Below are positions 1 through 8,912 of a stretch of 39,292 bases of DNA, one piece after another. This DNA comes from Candidatus Thorarchaeota archaeon (GTDB taxonomy: Archaea > Asgardarchaeota > Thorarchaeia > Thorarchaeales > Thorarchaeaceae): positions 1-39,292 of the forward strand of contig PRDI01000040.1 of the NCBI GenBank assembly GCA_003345595.1. The letters are read 5' to 3'. The position numbers and the translations under genes are program-made. How positions within the stretch are numbered: the first letter of the stretch is position 1; every line of letters starts with the position of its first letter. The notes under the pieces are model-generated. The model ran no database searches, was not told where the DNA came from, and saw only the letters and a program-made list of their open reading frames with translations.

Positions 1-239
1 GGCAACTCTTCCTCAAGCGGCCATGACTTCTCGTCCTTGCAGTAGCTGACTTCACAGCACTCAAAGGAAATGACCTCCGGCCACTCGACGTCGAACAACG
101 CTTGATAGGTTCGCCCCTTCTTCTGTCTGGGAAGCACGAACCTTACTCCCTTCGGGCCAATCTTGAGCTCCCCTACCGTCTCGCTGTATGGATCCACTCC
201 GACATATTCGAATTCAGTCAGGTCTAGGTCTCTAGACAA
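1..239 (-). CDS. Hypothetical protein, N-terminal part only (runs off the left edge of the window)
   Basis: Not in the ORF track. Manual translation from TTG at 239 is open to base 1 (MSRDLDLTEFEYVGVDPYSETVGELKIGPKGVRFVLPRQKKGRTYQALFDVEWPEVISFECCEVSYCKDEKSWPLEEEL...), with a GGTGA RBS 9 nt upstream. Confidence 0.7.
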   Translation of the reverse strand, partial: MSRDLDLTEFEYVGVDPYSETVGELKIGPKGVRFVLPRQKKGRTYQALFDVEWPEVISFECCEVSYCKDEKSWPLEEEL

Positions 240-406
240 CTTGTCAATTCACCCTAGTGCAGTCAGTCGTACTGGACTATCGTGGTTTCGATGGCCGCAG
301 ACGCTTCGCCCGTCCAACTCTTAAACGAGTCGGTCATCATGGATTCACGAAACACAAGCGTTAACTGCATTTCGATTTAGCTGGCAGTCCAAGAGGATCG
401 CCTGCA

Positions 407-1114
407 ATGAGCAAACGCCCAAGGAAAGAAAAGGTATCTTCCGAAACGGATCTGGAGAGTTTCGAGCTCGACCCGTCTGAACTCAATCTGAAGTGGAGCA
501 GGAACCTGATAACGGTGTTTGACGCATACCGTATCCATAGATGCTACGACTTGACGTTCATAGAAAGGGCAGTGGGAAAAGGTGATGTGCCCCGAACGTT
601 CATACGTCAATGGCCAACCGTCAGGTTAGTGCTACACAAGTTTGCGTCTGTCGGGCCCGATTTACCCGGTGTGCAGATGTACATGGTGCGGCGTCAGAGG
701 ATACAGTTTACATTCCTAGTCCTCTTGACTTTCGCGCTACCTCTTGTAATTATTCCCTGGGTGTTCCGTATTCCTAATCTCGAATGGTTCACGACACCTT
801 TCCTGCTAGTCACAGTGGCCGCATTGCTCGTTTCTGTATTCGCGCAGGGGTGGTATAATCGCAAGGTGTCTTGGGTCATCTTCTACTACATTGAGAACAA
901 TCCGGATCTGCTCGCCAAGGAACGTGAGTATCTCAAGAAATGGGTTCAGCTTCTCATCTGGCACACGTCAAGATTGATACGTAAGAGTGAACTGAAACCC
1001 GAGAAGCAACTGGTCAAGTTCTATAACGATGACTACGATGGAATCATCGTCTTGAAAGAGCCTAAAGGCCTCAGAAAGCACTACGAGATAAAACTCGATA
1101 CAGGCAGGGCATGA
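407..1114 (+). CDS. Hypothetical membrane protein (2 predicted TM helices)
   Basis: 235-aa ORF with two hydrophobic segments (IQFTFLVLLTFALPLVIIPWVF; WFTTPFLLVTVAALLVSVFA) between soluble domains. GAGGA lies upstream. Confidence 0.7.
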   Translation: MSKRPRKEKVSSETDLESFELDPSELNLKWSRNLITVFDAYRIHRCYDLTFIERAVGKGDVPRTFIRQWPTVRLVLHKFASVGPDLPGVQMYMVRRQRIQFTFLVLLTFALPLVIIPWVFRIPNLEWFTTPFLLVTVAALLVSVFAQGWYNRKVSWVIFYYIENNPDLLAKEREYLKKWVQLLIWHTSRLIRKSELKPEKQLVKFYNDDYDGIIVLKEPKGLRKHYEIKLDTGRA

Positions 1115-1202
1115 CCAGCTCGAAGAGCAGTGCCCATCTAGCAGCGAAAACGGAGACAGAGAAGAGGCCAGAACAGCAGTAGCTGTCTGACCTCTCGTCA
1201 TC

Positions 1203-2324
1203 CTATACAAGACTCTCTATCGGCTTGAATGTGATGTCAAACCCAAAGTGTTTGGGTCCTAGTACCTCAAGTCCTCTGGGCTCACGAAATATGGGAACAC
1301 TCTTCATTCCGACTACACAGACTCTGCGACCATTTTCAAGGTCAGTGTTCGTTATCGGCTCGCCTGATTTCTCGTCGATTATCTCAATCAGATCGGGGCT
1401 GGTCACCCAAGGTTTGCCATCGAGCCAAGACGCATGATTCTCATTCTTGAACCATATCCTCAACTCAGTTCCCGGTTTGATGCCACTGCCCTTAATCGTG
1501 GTTTCGCCCCACATGTAACCCTCACGACTCTCCCACTTCTTGCTGACGACTGTCCCTCTGAACAAGATCCATCCTCCTATGCTCTCGACAATCTTGGCCG
1601 CAGGATCGTCGCCTGACGCATGACTCTCACGAATCATCTTACCGACCTTGTATGCCTTAGAGAGAGTTCCGGGGATGATTGCGCGACGGAAGTCACTCCC
1701 CTTCACAGGAAAGGCAACGTTGCCTAGTCGACCCCAGGCAACCTCACTCAATGCCTTCGAGAGGCGTTCGCCCATCTCATAGTTGATGACTCGTGGGACT
1801 ATGCTCCGGTTTCCAAACCAATCAACAAGGGCCATCGGAGTCATGGAGTAGCCTAACACACAGACAGTATTCTGAGAGATCTCTGGCACTGCTCTTCCAG
1901 AGTAATCACCATCAACGCATGGAATCCCGTGCTTCACTGCGGCATCGATTGGCGCTGGCGTGTTCACTCCTCCAAGTTCAAAAGGTGCAGTTGCAGCGAA
2001 CTTCACGCCCATGTGCTTCTCAAGCATTGCAAGCCCCTCATCCAGCTCCTTTCCGTAATAGTCCCAAGGCCACCTCCGCCTGAGCTTCTCAATCTCTGGT
2101 GTCGGTGGAGCGATCGTTCCTGAATAGTATGGGCACGCAACCCAATCTCCCTCCTTCACCTTGCTGACATCTACAACCTCTATCTTCTTCCCAGCATCCA
2201 TATGCGGGTACAACATGTCTAGACCGATTTTTCTCGAGCCGCCGCCGCCAGTCCCAAAGAACGAGCAGCCCGCAGCCAGATCTTCAACATCCGTTCGGGT
2301 CTTTAGTGTAAGGGTCACCTGCAT
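1203..2324 (-). CDS. DUF917 family protein (S-methyl-thiohydantoin desulfurase-like), paralog 1
   Basis: Family motifs GTGGGG, PFELGGVN, VDGDYSGRAVPE, WFKNEN and PDLI; 373 aa is a typical length. Confidence 0.9.
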   Translation of the reverse strand: MQVTLTLKTRTDVEDLAAGCSFFGTGGGGSRKIGLDMLYPHMDAGKKIEVVDVSKVKEGDWVACPYYSGTIAPPTPEIEKLRRRWPWDYYGKELDEGLAMLEKHMGVKFAATAPFELGGVNTPAPIDAAVKHGIPCVDGDYSGRAVPEISQNTVCVLGYSMTPMALVDWFGNRSIVPRVINYEMGERLSKALSEVAWGRLGNVAFPVKGSDFRRAIIPGTLSKAYKVGKMIRESHASGDDPAAKIVESIGGWILFRGTVVSKKWESREGYMWGETTIKGSGIKPGTELRIWFKNENHASWLDGKPWVTSPDLIEIIDEKSGEPITNTDLENGRRVCVVGMKSVPIFREPRGLEVLGPKHFGFDITFKPIESLV

Positions 2325-2467
2325 TAACCACCTTTAACCGATATGCCCCGCCTTTAACTGTCCAGTATTTATTCTCGATGGAGTAGACCGAGGCAAGACG
2401 ACTCGGATGAATGACGGCTGAAATGGAACGGCTACAGCGACAAAACCCAGAGCTGCTACACAGATTC

Positions 2468-2514
2468 AAACGGGAAAAGGAAAGAGAAGACGGGAAGTGC
2501 AGCTACACTTCCCG
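2468..2514 (-). terminator. Putative terminator downstream of the phosphoesterase gene
   Basis: Perfect 9-bp stem CGGGAAGTG/CACTTCCCG (2491-2514), followed on the minus strand by the pyrimidine/U-rich tract TCTTCTCTTTCCTTTTCCCGTTT. It starts 16 nt after the stop at 2531. Confidence 0.6.
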
Positions 2515-2530
2515 ATGATGATCAGGAATC

Positions 2531-3466
2531 CTACAGCTCGACACGGCTCGCCTGAGCTTTCCCGTCATCAAGATTTATAATGAAACCCTTAAGGATTCCC
2601 TCTCTGTATTCTGAACCAGGATTGATGCAGAGAGTCCTTCCGATACTACTGAAGCCTACCGATTCGTGTATGTGTCCATGCATACTGAGAAGCGGCTGAT
2701 ACTTCTCAATGACCGCTCGGACGGATTTGCTGCCCACCGGTCCCGAAATCTCCATCGCTCCTGCCTTGGAGATGGAATGGTCACTTCTGAGAGTTGGTGC
2801 GGTGTCTAGTCCTGAATCAAAAGGTGGGTCGTGGAAATTGCACAACAAGTTCGTGTGGTCATTGACCCTTGCAAACTCCTCTTCCAGCTTGACCATCAGT
2901 TGATCATCGGGACATTCCCGGAAGGTGGTCCAAGGAGTTGAACTGACCCATTCTAGGCTTATCAACGGATAGCCATGAACGTCGACAACTCTCTTCAGAG
3001 GGTAAATGATTCTCGGATGATTCTTGATGACATCGTCAATCACCCAATCATCGTCATTTCCGGGATTGACTATGACATCAACCTCTTTCGGTATTTTTTC
3101 CGCTGCCATGTCAAGCCACTCAGCGATACGATCTTTCATCAGCTTCCCAAAGAGTTCCTTCACCTCTCCTTGTTTCTCTTTGAGCTCCTCGAACTTGTCA
3201 GACGTGATGATGATAGGATAGAACCCTTCATCCTTTGTGAATTTGACGAAGTTGTCCAAGTCCTTCTGCTTCTTGATCGTCTTCTTGCTACCGTGTGGGT
3301 TCGCGTACCACCGGTCTTCTTTCTCCTTGATTATGGGCATGATGGCTTTTCCAGTCAAATCTCCGCACATCATTGCCACATCTGCCTTGAAGACCTGAGG
3401 AGCGCGACACATCTTCTCCCAAGTCTGCTGGCTGCCGTGAGGGTCACATGCATGAAAAATCCTCAT
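2531..3466 (-). CDS. Calcineurin-like metallophosphoesterase (Icc-related)
   Basis: Five metal-binding motifs in order: DPHG, GDLT, GNDD, FHDPP and HGHIHE, followed by INPGS. Confidence 0.9.
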   Translation of the reverse strand: MRIFHACDPHGSQQTWEKMCRAPQVFKADVAMMCGDLTGKAIMPIIKEKEDRWYANPHGSKKTIKKQKDLDNFVKFTKDEGFYPIIITSDKFEELKEKQGEVKELFGKLMKDRIAEWLDMAAEKIPKEVDVIVNPGNDDDWVIDDVIKNHPRIIYPLKRVVDVHGYPLISLEWVSSTPWTTFRECPDDQLMVKLEEEFARVNDHTNLLCNFHDPPFDSGLDTAPTLRSDHSISKAGAMEISGPVGSKSVRAVIEKYQPLLSMHGHIHESVGFSSIGRTLCINPGSEYREGILKGFIINLDDGKAQASRVEL

Positions 3467-3616
3467 GTCAGTACTTCACCTATTCCTAGTGCGACTCTTC
3501 TTGCGAGTACGCTACGCGTGAGGCTCCTCAGGCCATTTAAGAATTTAATGGTATAGGGCCGTTCCTCCTGCTTAATTCCGCGTGGAGAGTGGGACTCCAT
3601 TGGTCCAGTCGATAGA

Positions 3617-3624
3617 TATTAAAG
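3617..3624 (+). promoter_or_regulatory. Putative TATA box for the nucleotidyltransferase-DUF917 unit
   Basis: TATTAAAG preceded by purine-rich GATAGA, about 55 nt upstream of the ATG at 3678. Confidence 0.45.
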
Positions 3625-3677
3625 TGGATTCTCTCCGGACTCACCAAGAGCGCTCAGAAAAAGCGTGAGGAATCCGA

Positions 3678-4496
3678 ATGCCTGGCAAGTACGGCGAGAT
3701 TCTCAGTGACCTCATGCAGGAAGCATTGAGGATCCAGAAGGCAGCTCAAGAGAATGGTCTGGTTCTTCGGGTCATGGGATGCATTGCCTACAGAATCAAG
3801 AGCCCCCAATACATAGAGTTGCACAAAGCGATGGGGAGAGAGATCACTGACATTGACTTCATGAGTTACTACAAGCAGCGAAACAAGATCATTGACCTCT
3901 TTCGCGACGATCTCGGGTATCAATATATCCCACCGGGCTTCGCTCGTGCCACGAATCTTCGCGACCTGTTCATAAACCCCAACACCGGCGGCAAGGTCGA
4001 TGTGTTCTATGACATGCTTGACTTCTGCCACAATATCGACTTCAAGAAGCACGACAGGCTTAGCTTGGACAATCCTACAATAACCCTTGGTGACCTCTTT
4101 CTTGAGAAAGCTCAGATAGTTGAACTCAATGCAAAAGACCTGAAGGACATGGTGATTACCTTCCTTGCGAATGATGTGGGCGAGACAGATGACGACTCTT
4201 TGGTGAACGGGTTTTACATCAGCTCACTTCTGCATGATGATTGGGGATTCTACCACACGGTCACTACGAACTTGAAGAAGCTACTTGATTTTGTGCCTAC
4301 TCTTGACTTACTGTCCCAGGAACAGAAGGACTTAGTGCTTTCTCGGGCTCAGAGACTGCTCAAGATAATCGATGACACGCCGAAGACAGGCGGCTGGAAG
4401 CGAAGAGCAGCCATTGGCACGAAGCAGCGTTGGTACAAGTTTGTTCATTCCATGGAAGGGACGCGGGACGCGGGCGGACAGGCTTCCAAGTGTTGA
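3678..4496 (+). CDS. Uncharacterised Pol-beta-superfamily nucleotidyltransferase
   Basis: hG[GS]-like motif LRVMGCIAY, DxD motif ITDIDFM, third carboxylate KVDVF, and a helical C-terminal part with KDLKD. Confidence 0.75.
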   Translation: MPGKYGEILSDLMQEALRIQKAAQENGLVLRVMGCIAYRIKSPQYIELHKAMGREITDIDFMSYYKQRNKIIDLFRDDLGYQYIPPGFARATNLRDLFINPNTGGKVDVFYDMLDFCHNIDFKKHDRLSLDNPTITLGDLFLEKAQIVELNAKDLKDMVITFLANDVGETDDDSLVNGFYISSLLHDDWGFYHTVTTNLKKLLDFVPTLDLLSQEQKDLVLSRAQRLLKIIDDTPKTGGWKRRAAIGTKQRWYKFVHSMEGTRDAGGQASKC

Positions 4497-4520
4497 TAGA
4501 TTCGTAAGGGAGTGTTGTAC

Positions 4521-5639
4521 ATGAAGCTTACAAAACAGAATGCGTACGACATGCTCACCGGAGTTGGTATCCTTGGCACAGGAGGCGGCGGAGACCCTGT
4601 TGGGTTCGGAAAGCCGCTCGTTGACTGGGATTACGGCAAAGGCCGGATTTACGAAATCACAGATCCCAAGGACATCAAGGACGATGCGTTCATAGTATGC
4701 GGTGGCTATATGGGATCAGTAAAGGCATTCACTTCGGTTGGCGACATGCTTGAGAAGTGGGAGAAGAGATTCGAACTCTACGAGGTCACTAAGATAACCG
4801 AGAAGATGACCGGCAAGAAAGTCAATCACGTTGTTCCTTTTGAACTCGGCGGACTGAACACCACAGTAATGCTCTCGATGGCGACCAGAGCTGGCATAAC
4901 TTCGGTAGACGGTGATGGCCTCGGGCGGTCAGCTCCCGAAAGCCAGATGATATCCTTCGTGGGTTACGGTATATCTCTCTGTCCGATGCCTGTTGTCACC
5001 AAGGGAGGCAGCATTGTGATCGTGCAGCAAGCCAGCATCCCCGCGCTTGCAGACGAGATAGGCAGGTTCGCTGTCGTGCAGGATGGTGGAGCTGGAGCCA
5101 ACAATCACTATTACCAGACTGGAGCGCAGCTCAAAAAGAGCGTCGTCGCGAACAGCATTACCAAGTCAATACATCTTGGAGAAACCATCCGCGACGCCAA
5201 CGCTAGCCACAAGAATCCAATCGATGCATTCCTTAGCGTGATGGGTGGTCGAGTCCTCACCACAGGGACCGTTAAGGAGGTCAAGGGAGAGGACCGTGCA
5301 GGACACTGGCACGTTCTTGTCACGATAAAGCCTGAGGACATAAAAGGCAAGTTCCAGATTGTGGTCAAGAATGAGTATATGTGCGCACTGTGTGATGACA
5401 AGCCCATCGTCATGTTCCCAGACCTCATTTGCATGCACGACCCCAAGACTGGGCATGGCATCATGAGCTCTGATCTTAAGGAAGGTCTACGCGTGACTGT
5501 GACGGCCCTCCCCGCTCCCGAGAGAGTGCGGTTTGCAGGAAACACAGACATAGGTCGAAAAGCATTCGGACCAGAGAGGTACGGACACCCCGAACTCCAA
5601 TACAAGCCAATAGAAGAAATCATAAAGAACCTCCATTGA
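4521..5639 (+). CDS. DUF917 family protein, paralog 2
   Basis: Motifs GTGGGGD, PFELGGLN, VDGDGLGRSAPE, KNEY and PDLI. ATG 4521 is preferred over GTG 4512 because AAGGGAG sits upstream of it. Confidence 0.9.
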   Translation: MKLTKQNAYDMLTGVGILGTGGGGDPVGFGKPLVDWDYGKGRIYEITDPKDIKDDAFIVCGGYMGSVKAFTSVGDMLEKWEKRFELYEVTKITEKMTGKKVNHVVPFELGGLNTTVMLSMATRAGITSVDGDGLGRSAPESQMISFVGYGISLCPMPVVTKGGSIVIVQQASIPALADEIGRFAVVQDGGAGANNHYYQTGAQLKKSVVANSITKSIHLGETIRDANASHKNPIDAFLSVMGGRVLTTGTVKEVKGEDRAGHWHVLVTIKPEDIKGKFQIVVKNEYMCALCDDKPIVMFPDLICMHDPKTGHGIMSSDLKEGLRVTVTALPAPERVRFAGNTDIGRKAFGPERYGHPELQYKPIEEIIKNLH

Positions 5640-5692
5640 GCCCAGACACTTCGGATATAAGCTTCGAAACGAGCCGGGCTGGGTGATCAGAC

Positions 5693-6457
5693 TTGAAGCG
5701 AATCGCACTCATCGGCGTGACTGGTGTTGACTGGTGGATCGACCCAAAGAAGAAGAACTTCGTACGTGCAGTCACCCCGCCGGGCTTCGTCTGTGAGAAC
5801 ATGCATGCTAGGTTCGGCACTCACAGTCTGGAGTCAAACTCGGACGAGGCCTACAACGCTCCCTTCATCCTTGAGCAGGTCGTTCTAGCGAATAAGGAGG
5901 GAATGGACGCAATTGTGATCGACTGCGCCTGCGATCCCATACTCGACGCGGCGAGAGAAGTGTCGGCCATTCCTGTTGTGGGTCCCAGAAAGGCAGCCCT
6001 CCATCTCGCATTGACCCTCGGCACGAAGTTCACCATCATAACAGTTCAGGGTCCTTCCCTGATGAAATGCATGGAGTCTGGCGTCCGTAAAGAGGGCCTG
6101 GAAGCGTTTTGTGCAAGCGTCAGGTATCTGAAGATGCCAGTACTTGAGATCGCCAAGCGGCCGGAAGAAGCACAGGTGGAACTGCTGGCAGTCTGCAAGC
6201 AAGCTGTGCTCGAAGACGGAGCAGATGTAATTGTACTAGGGTGTACAGGGCTATCACATGAAGTGGACCTCAAGCCGATCATGGTCGAGGTGGGGGTTCC
6301 GGTACTCGACCCGTTCGTTGTGGCTGTTAGGACTGCCGCCATGTTGGTTGATGCCGGCATCTCTCACAGCAAGATTGCCTATCCTCTACCTCCAAGGAAG
6401 TCCATTGTTGAGGACCCCAGCTTGAAGGGTGCTTTCGATCGAATCCTCCGAGAATAG
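5693..6457 (+). CDS. Asp/Glu/hydantoin racemase family protein
   Basis: Two-cysteine catalytic motifs IDCACDP and VLGCTG, plus IPVVGP, VPVLDP and the C-terminal HSKIAYP. A possible own TATA box (ATATAAG) lies at 5655-5661. Confidence 0.9.
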   Translation: MKRIALIGVTGVDWWIDPKKKNFVRAVTPPGFVCENMHARFGTHSLESNSDEAYNAPFILEQVVLANKEGMDAIVIDCACDPILDAAREVSAIPVVGPRKAALHLALTLGTKFTIITVQGPSLMKCMESGVRKEGLEAFCASVRYLKMPVLEIAKRPEEAQVELLAVCKQAVLEDGADVIVLGCTGLSHEVDLKPIMVEVGVPVLDPFVVAVRTAAMLVDAGISHSKIAYPLPPRKSIVEDPSLKGAFDRILRE

Positions 6458-6489
6458 GGAATTGAGGATTTCCGGTTCTGTTCTTCTTG

Positions 6490-7803
6490 CTACTGACTGG
6501 ATGTGGGGCGTTTTCTCAGGAGCACTACAATTGCCACAGAACTCAGAAGCCCAAACACCATTGTTGCGAAGTAGGGGAGTGCCAGACCGAAAGTTCCGAC
6601 CCAACCCCCCGCAATCGGTCCGACAAAGAAGCCGACACCAGCCAGGCTTTCTACGATCCCCGCATGGGCACCCTTCTCCTTCTGTGTCGCGGATACTACT
6701 GAATACAGAGCCCCCAAGTAGGTAAATCCGGCTCCAATCCCGCACAAGACCATAGCCACTGCGAAGAGCGCCATGTCTGTGAAGAATGAAAGGGGAACCA
6801 TAGAAACAGTGATCAGAAATGCCCCTGTGGTAATCACAGTGCCCATTTGTTCATGAGGAAGTCTGGAGCAGAGGATGAATGCCAGCGTGCGTGCGACGTT
6901 CCAGACCAAAAGCAGGTATCCAAAGTCCTGTGTACTGAAACCTGGAAGGCCGCTGATATAGCTCGGGAACAACGCCAGCAAGACCGTCGATACGAACCCG
7001 AAAAGCATGAGCGAGATATACGATGCTAGGAATCTGGGACTCGTCTTCTGCCCTCTGGCACGTCCAGTAGCTCCAACCCAGTCATCTTGATCCGGCAGTG
7101 AACCCGACTTGGCGCTATCTTGTGCCGAAGTCGCGTCAACTCGATAGTCCTGAATACTGACTGCAATGATGCCCAGAACTAAGAACTCGACGGCTAGAAC
7201 GACGTAGATGCTGGACGTATTCCCAAAGCTTGCTGCCATGAAGGCGATTACGTAGGGGCTCATTATCATGCCCGCACTCCAAGATGTCGAGAAGTTGCCC
7301 AAGACAGCCGCCTGGCCCTGTGGGCAGAGCTCAGCGACCATGCCTTCAATGGTCGGGTTGAACAGTCCGAAGAACAGCCCCTCCAGTGCCCTGATGATGA
7401 TCAGGTGCATAGGCATAATGAAGGGCTGAGGATAGAGGAAGAGAACTGCAATGTATGCCATAACGGCGATGAGAAGCGATTTCCGTCTGCCGATTCGGTC
7501 TGACACTTTCCCACCGACTGCTGGAGAGAACATATACACGAGCCCATAGCTGCCCATTGCCCAACCCATTTCGTAAGGTGTTGCGTGTAGCTGGCCTGCA
7601 TACCAAGATGCAAAGATTTCTGTCACTCCAATTGAAAACGTAGACAGGAAAGTGACGAGGTAGGCAATTATCCTGATGCGCTTCTTAGCTGAGTCGGACA
7701 GACACTGCTTTGTCGACAGATTTGGTACCATCTCTTGCTCCATCAACTGCATCTCACACTCAATGTTTGGCCAGTATTGATGCCGATTCGGTGGTCCGTT
7801 CAA
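6490..7803 (-). CDS. MFS transporter (start uncertain, probably somewhat downstream of 7803)
   Basis: About 12 TM segments, MFS motif A GKVSDRIGRR, IIIRALEG, and VGPIAGG. Confidence 0.9.
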   Translation of the reverse strand: MNGPPNRHQYWPNIECEMQLMEQEMVPNLSTKQCLSDSAKKRIRIIAYLVTFLSTFSIGVTEIFASWYAGQLHATPYEMGWAMGSYGLVYMFSPAVGGKVSDRIGRRKSLLIAVMAYIAVLFLYPQPFIMPMHLIIIRALEGLFFGLFNPTIEGMVAELCPQGQAAVLGNFSTSWSAGMIMSPYVIAFMAASFGNTSSIYVVLAVEFLVLGIIAVSIQDYRVDATSAQDSAKSGSLPDQDDWVGATGRARGQKTSPRFLASYISLMLFGFVSTVLLALFPSYISGLPGFSTQDFGYLLLVWNVARTLAFILCSRLPHEQMGTVITTGAFLITVSMVPLSFFTDMALFAVAMVLCGIGAGFTYLGALYSVVSATQKEKGAHAGIVESLAGVGFFVGPIAGGWVGTFGLALPYFATMVFGLLSSVAIVVLLRKRPTSSQ

Positions 7804-8807
7804 TGAAGACTCGGGATGACCTTCCTGGAGAGGACTCTCATCGTCTGTTGCACATCTGCTCCTGGCAGCGGAAATGCGACCGGCGTGCTTACACCTGCAT
7901 CTACAAACTGCTGAAGGTACTTGATAGCTGTTTCTGTATCACCGACGACGCCCAGAGTCTGCACCATCTTGTCGGTCACCATGTCGCCTACGTCCTTCCC
8001 CTCGCTCACTGCCTTGGACATTTCCTTGGTCAGCTGGGCTGGTATGCCGGCGTGTTCCATCAGTGGGCCTCCGGCTTGGGAGTGTGGCAGGTACATCTTC
8101 ATCAGGTCACGGGCAATTCCTATCGCCTTGTCAACGTCCTCGTCAATTGCCAGAGGCAGATAGGACACCATCTCGAACTTGCCCGCGTTCTTGTCGGCCT
8201 TCTTCGCACCAGCCTTCACGCGTTCCCAAGCAAACTTCACGTAGGATGGGGTGTTGAATATGGACAGGATTGCTCCGTCTCCAACCTCACCAGCGAGCTC
8301 CAATCCCATCTTTCCCTCGAATGCAAGATAGATTGGGATTTCCTTGCGGACGGGTTGAAAAACCAGTTTGACGTCCTTCGTCTTGAAGAACTCGCCTTCG
8401 TGCGTGATGCTCTCGCCAGTTATGATCTTGCGGATGACCTCAACGCACTCGCGAGTACGAGATAGCGGCTTGTCTACATTGAATCCCATCTGGGACATCC
8501 AGTAGGGGACTCCTGAGCCCAAACCGAACACAGTACGCTTGCCGGACATCTCATCAAGTGTGGCAAACTCCATGGCTGTCAGGGCAGGATGACGAGAGTA
8601 TGGATTCACAACTCCGAGTCCGATACGGATCTTCTCCGTTGCCATGCTTGCGGCCGCAACGTAGGGCACGCCTCCACGAAAGAAGTAGTCTTCAGCAAAC
8701 CAGACCGAGCCGAGAAGGCTCTTCTCAGCAGTCTTCGCCATTGCAACAGCTTCTCTGACTGGAAAGACGCCAGTCATGGCCACACCGAACTCTTTGAAAC
8801 CCTTCAT
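7800..8807 (-). CDS. LLM-class (Mer-like, probably F420-dependent) oxidoreductase
   Basis: IRIGLGVVNPYSRHPALTAMEFATLDEMSGKRTVFGLGSG, IPIYLAFEG and LELAGEVGDG are typical of the Mer/LLM family. Confidence 0.9.
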   Translation of the reverse strand: MKGFKEFGVAMTGVFPVREAVAMAKTAEKSLLGSVWFAEDYFFRGGVPYVAAASMATEKIRIGLGVVNPYSRHPALTAMEFATLDEMSGKRTVFGLGSGVPYWMSQMGFNVDKPLSRTRECVEVIRKIITGESITHEGEFFKTKDVKLVFQPVRKEIPIYLAFEGKMGLELAGEVGDGAILSIFNTPSYVKFAWERVKAGAKKADKNAGKFEMVSYLPLAIDEDVDKAIGIARDLMKMYLPHSQAGGPLMEHAGIPAQLTKEMSKAVSEGKDVGDMVTDKMVQTLGVVGDTETAIKYLQQFVDAGVSTPVAFPLPGADVQQTMRVLSRKVIPSLH

Positions 8808-8912
8808 TATGTTCTGTTCTCCTTCTTCGGTCAGACGCCATATGTCTGTTCAATATAAGATTGCCCAAAGTGCACCAATTCTCAACGAAAGATGGAAGGA
8901 GGGGGACGCCCC

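Noticed and set aside
3678-4496. NTase as an MNT-HEPN antitoxin, a CBASS cyclase or a type IV TA (AbiEii) toxin
   Set aside because: There is no HEPN, Cap effector or AbiEi partner nearby, and the context is metabolic. It is kept only as an uncharacterised NTase.
4488-4499. NTase ends ...AAG TGT TGA TAG, a possible Cys-Sec C-terminus
   Set aside because: No SECIS-like structure is evident, the tail is low-complexity, and a tandem stop is the simpler explanation.
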